NCBI GenBank assembly: GCA_964422785.1 | Contig: CAYRCJ010000004.1 | Location: 1-33,561, forward strand | From: an uncultured Candidatus Saccharibacteria bacterium | GTDB taxonomy: Bacteria > Patescibacteriota > Minisyncoccia > UBA11713 > 2-01-FULL-45-33 | Length of the DNA stretch: 33,561 nucleotides | Direction of reading: 5' to 3' | In this document: positions 27,687 through 33,561 of the stretch, piece by piece | Position numbering within the stretch: the stretch's first letter is position 1 | Layout: the number at the start of each line of letters is the position of its first letter | Program-made: the position numbers and the translations under genes | Notes under the pieces: generated by a model | What the model saw: only the letters and a program-made list of their open reading frames with translations | Databases searched by the model: none | What the model was told of the DNA's origin: nothing

Positions 27687-28262
27687 ATGGACGGAAAGCA
27701 TATACATCTGAAATATAAGATTTGCGTTTCTGGAGCGGCCGAGACCGATTTTTGCGCTCCCGATTCTTTAGAGAAAGGCAAAGAGCTGGGAAAGGAAATA
27801 GCTTCGCATAATTCCGTTTTAGTTACCGGGGCTACCACCGGTTTTCCGATGTGGGCGGCGATGGGCGCTAAAGAAGCCGGAGGATTTTCTATTGGTTTGT
27901 CTCCGGCGGGCTCCGAAAAAGAACATATAGAAAATTATAAACTGCCGATAGATTTTATGGATGTAATTATTTATACCGGCTTTGGATATTCCGGCAGAAA
28001 TCTTTTGCTTACCAGATCGGCGGATGCGGTAATCTTCGGATGTGGCCGCTGGGGCACTCTAAATGAGTTTACAATCGCGCTTGAAGACGGAAAGCCAATG
28101 GGGGTTTTGGAAGGAGAAGAAGAGGGGAGCATGGACTTGGTGAAAGATATTTTGGAAAAATCTCACCGCGGTCCCGGAAATATTGTTTATGATAAAGATC
28201 CAAAGGCTTTGGTGGAAAAAGTTTTGGAACTTATTAAAAAAGAAAAAATTATTAAAGTTTAA
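27687..28262 (+). CDS. TIGR00725/LOG-like (SLOG Rossmann) family protein
   Basis: The ATG at 27687 (MDGKHIHLKYKICVSGAA...) follows the terminator. The track ORF from 27315 reads through mtlD-like and the terminator. LVTGATTGFPMWAAMGAKEAGG and GRWGTLNEF blocks. Confidence 0.7.
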   Translation: MDGKHIHLKYKICVSGAAETDFCAPDSLEKGKELGKEIASHNSVLVTGATTGFPMWAAMGAKEAGGFSIGLSPAGSEKEHIENYKLPIDFMDVIIYTGFGYSGRNLLLTRSADAVIFGCGRWGTLNEFTIALEDGKPMGVLEGEEEGSMDLVKDILEKSHRGPGNIVYDKDPKALVEKVLELIKKEKIIKV

Positions 28263-28271
28263 TTTTAATTT

Positions 28272-28721
28272 ATGTTTGCCCCAGAAACATTAGAGATTAT
28301 TTATAGAATTACGTTGGCGGCCGTTTTAGGAATGATTATAGGATTTGAGAGAGAGCGTAAAAATAAGCCCGCCGGGCTTCGCACCTTCACTTTGGTGACA
28401 ATCGGCGCGGCCCTTTTTACCGTGATATCTATTGCCGCTTACCGCATTTTTCCATCGGTTAGCGGCGTCGCCGGATATGATTATCACTTAGTTGCTAATA
28501 TTGTTGTCGGGATAGGATTTATCGGAGGCGGCCTCATCTTTCAGAAAGGAGATCACATGGAAGGCTTAACTACCGCAGCCGGCCTTTGGGCGATGGCCGC
28601 GATAGGCATGGCCGTGGGATTTGGTTTTTACGCCCTCGGGGTTTACGCAACTATTTTGACGCTTTTTGTTTTACTGGCTCTAAGGGCTTTGGAAAATAAA
28701 ATTCACGAGCACGATGCCTAA
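28272..28721 (+). CDS. mgtC: MgtC/SapB family membrane protein
   Basis: 149 aa, LAAVLGMIIGFERE...AGLRTFTLV...TAAGLWAMAAIGMAVG. Confidence 0.85.
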   Translation: MFAPETLEIIYRITLAAVLGMIIGFERERKNKPAGLRTFTLVTIGAALFTVISIAAYRIFPSVSGVAGYDYHLVANIVVGIGFIGGGLIFQKGDHMEGLTTAAGLWAMAAIGMAVGFGFYALGVYATILTLFVLLALRALENKIHEHDA

Positions 28722-29859
28722 ATTAAATTCTCCTTACTGGAAGGCTGTTGGAATAATTCTCGGGATGATCGTAGGGTCGGGTATGTTCGCATTGCCATAC
28801 GCTGTCGGGGTCTCGGGAGTATTGTGGTCTTCGCTCATTGGCGCTTTGGCTTTTTTCTCAGTCCTTTCGCTTCATATTGTTTACGGAGAAATTGTATCAA
28901 ACACGGATTCATCGCATCGTTTACCAGGTTACGCGGCTATGTATCTCGGCAGATGGGCCGGAGAAGTGGAGAAGGCAAGTCAGTTTCTGGGGTTTAATAC
29001 GGCCCTCGCCATTTACGGTTCTCTTGGGGGAATTTTCCTCTCAATGATTTTTGGCGTTTCACCGATGATTTGCTCAATAATTTTTTTCGGTCTGGGATCG
29101 GCCATTTTTTTCTTTAGCAGTTCGGAAAAAATAGGTTTTATAGATCTTATTCTTGCATTGCCGCTCATGGCCATAATTTTATACGTCGCGGCGCTTTCTT
29201 TTTCGAACGGACATTTTTCAAATGTGCCTTTATTCGGAAGAGATCCGTTTTTTTCTTTCAGCATTTTTATTTTTTCTCTCACGGGCCTTTCTGCGGTGGC
29301 CGATGCCAGGGATTTCCTGAGAGGCCCGGACAATGTAGAATCAGCCTCTTTGTTAAAGTCCGCCATAACCGTAGCGACATCTATTCCTCTTTTTTTGTAC
29401 ATCGCTTTTGTTATTCCGGTTCTGATGTCATTGGGTTCAGGAGTTACCAAAGACGCTCTTTCGGGGCTCGCTCAGATTTTGGGGCACAAAATAATTATTT
29501 TGGGGGGCGCCATCGGATTTATAGCCACCTTCACTTCTTATTTGGCGCTAGGTAATGATCTCAAAAAGGTTTATCAGCTCGATATAGGAATAAGTAAGTC
29601 TCTTTCATGGCTGGCTGTTTTTTTGTTTCCAATTTTAATTTTTATTTTTTCCGCAAATAACTTTGTAAAGTTAATTTCTTTGGTAGGAGGTTTTTTCATA
29701 TCTGTTGACGGGCTGTTTGTGATCTCAATTTTAAGGAAGATGAGAAAAAATAAACTGTCAAAAATACACTTTCTGGAATTTGGAGGGAAATATCAGTTTT
29801 TTTTGAGCGCGATTTTTATCGCCAGCATGATCTACGAATTTGTTTATCAATTTTTTTAA
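28714..29859 (+). CDS. amino acid permease-like polytopic membrane protein (aromatic amino acid/Aa_trans-like)
   Basis: 381 aa, ~10-11 hydrophobic segments, N-terminal GMIVGSGMFALPYAV. Confidence 0.6.
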   Translation: MPKLNSPYWKAVGIILGMIVGSGMFALPYAVGVSGVLWSSLIGALAFFSVLSLHIVYGEIVSNTDSSHRLPGYAAMYLGRWAGEVEKASQFLGFNTALAIYGSLGGIFLSMIFGVSPMICSIIFFGLGSAIFFFSSSEKIGFIDLILALPLMAIILYVAALSFSNGHFSNVPLFGRDPFFSFSIFIFSLTGLSAVADARDFLRGPDNVESASLLKSAITVATSIPLFLYIAFVIPVLMSLGSGVTKDALSGLAQILGHKIIILGGAIGFIATFTSYLALGNDLKKVYQLDIGISKSLSWLAVFLFPILIFIFSANNFVKLISLVGGFFISVDGLFVISILRKMRKNKLSKIHFLEFGGKYQFFLSAIFIASMIYEFVYQFF

Positions 29860-29871
29860 CCCCTATCGCCT

Positions 29872-30462
29872 ATGTTCGATTTAGTTTCACTAATAAAAAC
29901 TGCCGGATACTTGGGGATTTTCGCGATTATCTTTGCTGAATCTGGAGTTTTGGTGGGTATTTTTTTTCCGGGAGATTCTTTGCTTTTTACAGCAGGCCTT
30001 TTGGCTTCCCAGGGATTTTTAAATATTTTTATACTAATACCAGTCATTTTTTTAGCCGCGGTCTTGGGGGATAATTTTGGTTACTTTTTTGGAAAAAAGA
30101 TAGGGCCGAAAATCTTTACCAAAGAAGACTCCTTTTTCTTCAGCAAAGATCATATTGTAAGAGCCGAAAGTTTTTATGAAAAGTATGGCAAAAAGACTAT
30201 AGTCATTGTGCGCTTTATTCCTGTCATCAGAACTATTGCTCCGATATTGGCGGGAGTGGGTAGGATGAAATACTCTGTTTTTTTTATTTTTAATATCATG
30301 GGCGCTTTTCTTTGGGGTGTAGCAATCACATGGGCCGGATACTATTTGGGAAAAGTATTGCCCAATTTTGATAAACTTATTTTGCCCATCGTTTTGGGGA
30401 TTATTATTGTTTCTACAATTCCCGCGATTTTCTTTGCCAGGGGAGCCAAAAAGACCCATTGA
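29872..30462 (+). CDS. dedA: DedA family (SNARE-associated) membrane protein
   Basis: 196 aa, GYLGIFAIIFAESGVLVGIFFPGDSLLFTAG ... FIPVIRT. Confidence 0.88.
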   Translation: MFDLVSLIKTAGYLGIFAIIFAESGVLVGIFFPGDSLLFTAGLLASQGFLNIFILIPVIFLAAVLGDNFGYFFGKKIGPKIFTKEDSFFFSKDHIVRAESFYEKYGKKTIVIVRFIPVIRTIAPILAGVGRMKYSVFFIFNIMGAFLWGVAITWAGYYLGKVLPNFDKLILPIVLGIIIVSTIPAIFFARGAKKTH

Positions 30463-30486
30463 CAAATATTTTAAAAGGAGTATAAT
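30459..30486 (+). promoter_or_regulatory. near-consensus sigma70 promoter for the DGR target gene (TTGACA-N16-TATAAT)
   Basis: TTGACA at 30459-30464 overlaps the dedA stop. TATAAT at 30481-30486. Both hexamers are perfect consensus. Confidence 0.65.
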
Positions 30487-30516
30487 CAAAACAAAGTTCT
30501 TTACACAAACTTGCGC

Positions 30517-30568
30517 TTCGCCACAGCAAAAAGAGGCTTACTTATAAGCAGTTTTTTGCTGTGGCGAA
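30517..30568 (+). promoter_or_regulatory. long hairpin in the 5' leader of the DGR target gene
   Basis: TTCGCCACAGCAAAAA (30517-30532) pairs perfectly with TTTTTGCTGTGGCGAA (30553-30568), 16 bp. The 20-nt loop contains a further GCTTA/TAAGC 5-bp stem. No T-run follows. Confidence 0.6.
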
Positions 30569-30628
30569 AGCCAAAATCAAACAGCAAAAGGACAAAGTTC
30601 GAAAGAACATGTCTAGAAGGAGAAAACA

Positions 30629-31291
30629 ATGAGCGATGATTTGATGCTCGATGTTGGACAAGCAAACGAATTAAAACTTTCTTTCCGCCGGAATGGGTGG
30701 AAGACAAATGAGGAAATCAAGCGTTTGAGTGAAGGAAGTTTGCTCGCCGGCGTTTTGAGTGTCCTCAACGGCACCGCCAAGATCAAACCCATCACCGAAG
30801 ACGCCTCTCGCTGGATCACTCTCAACGAAACCACCATCGCTGTAAACCTCGCCGCCACTCCGAACCTTCCGTTCAACGAAGCAAAAATCGAAAAACATAT
30901 CGGCGAAGGTTGGGTAATTGTTGAAAAACGACCCGACGGACTCTACATCAGCGGCCGCAAAGTAATCATCCACCTCTCCAAACGCCAAAGGGGCGCAAAA
31001 TCACTGGGTGGCCATGAACTTCGCGATGAACTTACAGGAAAACCAGTCCTCAATTCCAACATCCTGGACGCTCTTTATGGGAATCCGCATTTGATTCCCG
31101 AAGACTGGAAGAAAGATGAAAATGGAAACACCATCTACATTTTCTTCTGGGGCACCCTCTACCGCGACTCGGACGTCAATCTCTACGTTCGTTGCTTATA
31201 CTTCTTCGGTGGCAGGTGGTACCGGCTCTACGGTTGGCTTGACTACGGTTGGAGTGGCAATAACCCTGCGGCTTTGCTCGCAAGTATTTAG
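30629..31291 (+). CDS. DGR variable (target) protein, 220 aa, VR at the extreme C-terminus
   Basis: AGGAG RBS 7 nt upstream. The last ~41 codons are the VR copy of the downstream TR. No signal peptide or TM segment visible. N-terminal ~175 aa unrecognised. Confidence 0.88.
   Translation: MSDDLMLDVGQANELKLSFRRNGWKTNEEIKRLSEGSLLAGVLSVLNGTAKIKPITEDASRWITLNETTIAVNLAATPNLPFNEAKIEKHIGEGWVIVEKRPDGLYISGRKVIIHLSKRQRGAKSLGGHELRDELTGKPVLNSNILDALYGNPHLIPEDWKKDENGNTIYIFFWGTLYRDSDVNLYVRCLYFFGGRWYRLYGWLDYGWSGNNPAALLASI
31160..31283 (+). repeat. DGR variable region (VR)
   Basis: 124 nt aligning without gaps to 31644-31767. There are 14 mismatches, all where TR has A. It ends 5 nt before the stop codon. Confidence 0.92.
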
Positions 31292-31297
31292 TTCTTC

Positions 31298-31340
31298 GGA
31301 CTAGGCCACTTTGACCTTTTTGAAACTTTGGCCTTAGTCC
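31298..31340 (+). other. hairpin 15 nt downstream of VR (candidate DGR target-recognition cruciform)
   Basis: GGACTAGGCC (31298-31307) pairs with GGCCTTAGTCC (31330-31340), 10 bp with a 1-nt bulge and a 22-nt loop. Confidence 0.45.
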
Positions 31341-31379
31341 TTTGATTCCGAATTTTGGGAAATATAAATTTGTTTCCAG

Positions 31380-31405
31380 CCCCGCATCTTGCGGGGCCTT
31401 TTTTT
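31380..31405 (+). terminator. rho-independent terminator of the target gene
   Basis: CCCCGCA / TCT / TGCGGGG, then CC and a T7 run. Confidence 0.8.
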
Positions 31406-31643
31406 GTGATAAAATAAAAAAGGCAGTAGGTGAATACGCGAGAGACTACGGTTTCTCGCTACCGAAACCAGTATCCATACATCGAGAGTATCTACGACTA
31501 AGGTTTTGGATAGAGTGGTGTATGCAGAAACTTCATCAAAAAATGAAAATACTTGGTGTAAGGCACTATCGCATTACGATGCGGAATTCTATACAATCCT
31601 GAGAGTATTCGAAGGATGGTGGCCCGGGAGGTGCTTTACACGC

Positions 31644-31767
31644 AAACCGCAACTCGGACGACAATCTCTACGTTCGTTACTTATACTTCAACGATGGCAG
31701 GTGGTACCGGAACTACAATTGGCTTGACAACGATTGGAATGGCAATAACCCTGCGGCTTTGCTCGCA
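31644..31767 (+). repeat. DGR template repeat (TR), non-coding
   Basis: Invariant master copy of VR. In the VR reading frame it is rich in AAC/AAT codons (N R N S D D N L Y V R Y L Y F N D G R W Y R N Y N W L D N D W N G N N P A A L L A). Confidence 0.92.
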
Positions 31768-31774
31768 ACTCTTT

Positions 31775-32080
31775 TCATTTCTCTCCCAGCTTTTTGTTGG
31801 GAGAGTTTTGTTTACCATGAATTTGTTGAAGATCTTTCGCAAGCTGCCCGCTCCATCCTCCGAGCATACGCCCGATCTCATCTATTTTTACCGAAAGTGC
31901 TATATATTTTTTGTTGTCTATTGATTTTGTTTCCCATAAAACCATGAGCAATATTTTTAGAGTATCCATTTTTCTTATTGCCAATCTCACCCAGGGATGT
32001 TTCTCTTCTCTAGATAAAAAACTTGCAATAGATACGGCTTCTATTGTTTCTACAAAAAGAACGTCAATCCGCTGACCCAA
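31775..32080 (-). CDS. avd: DGR accessory variability determinant (Avd-like four-helix-bundle protein), 5' end uncertain
   Basis: The C-terminal helix KIDEIGRMLGGWSGQL matches the EVGRILGSWI helix of Bordetella phage BPP-1 Avd. LPKIHRHSLGQRIDVLF aligns with IPRKHGVAREMF. The frame stays open upstream to 32206 and encodes a plausible helix 1 (LLQKIKSAYLVWYGYYQALPK). No ATG/GTG/TTG occurs there, and the listed start at 32080 is a TTG. Confidence 0.8.
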   Translation of the reverse strand: MGQRIDVLFVETIEAVSIASFLSREEKHPWVRLAIRKMDTLKILLMVLWETKSIDNKKYIALSVKIDEIGRMLGGWSGQLAKDLQQIHGKQNSPNKKLGEK

Positions 32081-32172
32081 AGAATGCCGATGTATTTTTG
32101 GCAGAGCCTGATAGTATCCATACCAAACAAGATATGCACTTTTTATTTTTTGAAGAAGAGGTAGAACAGTGC

Positions 32173-32182
32173 GGGGGGGGGG
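32173..32182. repeat. G10 homopolymer (C10 on the avd strand)
   Basis: Ten consecutive G in an AT-rich genome. The tract lies inside the open upstream extension of avd and 13 nt upstream of the RT ATG. Confidence 0.9.
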
Positions 32183-32195
32183 TATTATATGGAAT

Positions 32196-33188
32196 ATGGC
32201 TTTGATTCAATTCGCCCATACATATAAGGATATCATTTCCTTGGAAAATCTACTCGAGGCCTGGAAAGAATTTATAAATGGCAAAAGATCTCGCAAAGAT
32301 GTCCAAGAGTTTGAGAGAAATTTAATGAATAATATAATTTCGCTACATCTGGATCTTGCGACAAAAATCTACAAACACTCTTCGTACGAGGCTTTCAACA
32401 TCTCCGACCCGAAGCCGAGAAACATTCACAAAGCAAGGGTGAGAGATAGATTGTTGCATCACGCAATCTATAGAAAATTTTATCCTTTTTTTGAAAGAAC
32501 ATTCATTGCAGATTCCTATTCATGCCGATTAAGAAAGGGTACACATAAAGCAATCAACGTATTTCACTCGTTTATAGGCAAAGAATCAAAAAATCATACA
32601 AAGACCGTCTTTGTCCTAAAGTGCGATATAAAAAAGTTTTTTGCAAATATTGATCACGGCATACTTCTGGAAATAATCAGAAGTTGTATCCCGGACCGCG
32701 ATATTCAGCGGCTTATATCGGAAGTTGTGGAGAGCTTTCATTCAACAAGCGTCGGCGTTGGGCTTCCTTTGGGAAATCTTACTTCCCAGCTTTTGGTGAA
32801 TATTTATATGAACAGATTTGACCAATTCGTGAAGCATAAGCTCAAAGCAAAATACTATATTCGCTATGCGGATGACTTTGTTATATTGTCGCAAGATAAA
32901 AAATGGCTTGAAGATATATTGCTTCGCATAAAAGATTTTTTATTGACTAATCTAAAACTAGAGCTTCATCCCGATAAAGTTTCCATTAAAACAGCGGCGT
33001 CCGGTATTGATTTTTTGGGGTGGGTTCATTTTTCCGATCACCGAGTTTTACGAACAACAACCAAAAAGAGAATGTTTAAGCGACTCGAAACATATTCTAA
33101 AAAGCCGGAGATGGTCAATTCATATCGCGGATTATTACAGCATGGCAATGCCTATAAAATTCTACAATTGATTGATGAAACAGGTTAA
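32196..33188 (+). CDS. DGR reverse transcriptase
   Basis: 330 aa from the ATG at 32196 (the track GTG at 32169 adds 9 aa across the G-tract). RT motifs: PKPRNIHKARVRDRLLHHAI, SYSCRLRKGTHKA, LKCDIKKFFANIDH, GLPLGNLTSQLLVNIYMNRFD (DGR-type [I/L]GxxxSQ), YIRYADDFVIL (YxDD), LELHPDKVSI, GIDFLGW. Confidence 0.95.
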   Translation: MALIQFAHTYKDIISLENLLEAWKEFINGKRSRKDVQEFERNLMNNIISLHLDLATKIYKHSSYEAFNISDPKPRNIHKARVRDRLLHHAIYRKFYPFFERTFIADSYSCRLRKGTHKAINVFHSFIGKESKNHTKTVFVLKCDIKKFFANIDHGILLEIIRSCIPDRDIQRLISEVVESFHSTSVGVGLPLGNLTSQLLVNIYMNRFDQFVKHKLKAKYYIRYADDFVILSQDKKWLEDILLRIKDFLLTNLKLELHPDKVSIKTAASGIDFLGWVHFSDHRVLRTTTKKRMFKRLETYSKKPEMVNSYRGLLQHGNAYKILQLIDETG

Positions 33189-33203
33189 CTTATCATAAGC
33201 CTT

Positions 33204-33561
33204 ATGGAATCAAAAGCTGAAATGCTTAATGCGCTAAAAAAAGAAATTGAGGCGGATAAATCACTTCCGCTGTATGGCGCAGCGAATTTGGTTTTTGGAG
33301 AGGGCGATCCGGACGCTAAGGTTATGTTTATCGGCGAAGCTCCCGGATTTTATGAAGACCGAGAGATGAGGCCGTTTGTGGGCCGGGCCGGGCAACTTTT
33401 AAATAAAATGCTTTTGGGTATCGGGTGGCCGAGAGAAAGTGTTTACATAACTAATATTGTAAAAAGACGGCCGCCGGAAAATCGCGATCCGTTACCGGAT
33501 GAAATTGAATCATACAAACCTTATCTTAAAAAACAAATTGAAATTATAAATCCAAAAATCA
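33204..33561 (+). CDS. udg: family 4 uracil-DNA glycosylase, partial (runs off window end)
   Basis: Absent from the ORF track. Hand translation from the ATG at 33204: MESKAEMLNALKKEIEADKSLPLYGAANLVFGEGDPDAKVMFIGEAPGFYEDREMRPFVGRAGQLLNKML...NIVKRRPPENRDP. GEAPG...PFVGRAG is the family-4 UDG signature. Confidence 0.88.
   Translation, partial: MESKAEMLNALKKEIEADKSLPLYGAANLVFGEGDPDAKVMFIGEAPGFYEDREMRPFVGRAGQLLNKMLLGIGWPRESVYITNIVKRRPPENRDPLPDEIESYKPYLKKQIEIINPKI

Larger units (their letters stand above)
30629..33188 (+). mobile_element. diversity-generating retroelement cassette (target/VR - TR - avd(-) - RT)
   Basis: Combination of the four components above, flanked by housekeeping dedA and udg. 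Confidence 0.9.

Noticed and set aside
31342-31602. 86-aa ORF between the target gene and TR.
   Set aside because: It starts at a TTG, reads straight through the strong terminator at 31380-31405, has no RBS and no recognisable family, so it is likely spurious.
31116-31924. Track ORFs 31116..31304, 31506..31727 and 31616..31924 give similar-looking peptides (…TISTFV.YTS..AGGTG.T.GLTT.G.AITLRLCSQ…), suggesting paralogous small genes.
   Set aside because: They are off-frame translations of the VR and TR DNA repeats. The similarity is the nucleotide repeat itself. TR is best read as non-coding template, and 31616..31924 also overlaps avd antisense.
33189-33561. Family-4 uracil-DNA glycosylase 15 nt downstream of the RT, possibly a DGR accessory gene.
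   Set aside because: DGR adenine mutagenesis has no established requirement for UDG, and udg is a common housekeeping gene. Adjacency alone is insufficient. It would only be worth revisiting if the RT-udg linkage recurs in related cassettes.
1-33561. Alternative genetic code (UGA recoding, as in some CPR lineages).
   Set aside because: Conserved genes end at expected lengths, including genes ending in TGA (for example dedA at 30460-30462), and are not interrupted by in-frame TGA. The standard bacterial code fits.
1-33561. CRISPR arrays, tRNA/rRNA genes, transposases and integrases.
   Set aside because: I saw no regularly spaced direct repeats and no tRNA-like acceptor/T-arm sequences in the intergenic regions I read. 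No ORF has transposase or integrase signatures. A tRNAscan/cmscan run would be needed for certainty.

Overview
This is an AT-rich, tightly packed bacterial chromosome segment. The first 14 kb is the tuf-S10-spc ribosomal superoperon (tuf, rpsJ ... rplO, secY, adk, map). It has no L30 gene between rpsE and rplO, and it ends at map rather than continuing into infA/rpmJ/rpsM. Together with the small, streamlined housekeeping genes downstream (ruvX, GT2, galT-like, tpiA, short pgk, nrnA-like DHH, GNAT, rnhA, split comEC, ndk, beta-CASP RNase, MgtC, DedA), this fits a Patescibacteria/CPR-type genome. That placement is inference only. The standout is a complete diversity-generating retroelement (DGR) at about 30.46-33.19 kb. 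It has a 220-aa target ORF whose last ~41 codons (VR, 31160-31283) are repeated 484 nt downstream as a template repeat (TR, 31644-31767). By hand alignment the two differ at 14 positions, every one a TR adenine. An Avd-like four-helix-bundle ORF lies on the opposite strand, followed by a 330-aa reverse transcriptase with LGNLTSQ and YADD motifs. Three features of the cassette are unusual: avd is inverted between TR and RT, the conserved first helix of Avd has no canonical start codon, and a G10 homopolymer sits in that region where a -1 change would restore an ATG-initiated avd. Secondary observations include a 12-nt motif ACCCTGTTAAAT present four times as two inverted pairs in the tuf and rplD leaders. 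There is also a 336-nt terminator-punctuated spacer splitting rplC from rplD, an orphan promoter-to-terminator unit at 20.66-20.86 kb, and a comEC split into channel and MBL ORFs. I recognised no rRNA, tRNA, CRISPR array or transposase. Two edge-truncated CDSs missing from the ORF track (1-579 minus strand, 33204-33561 plus strand) were added by hand translation.
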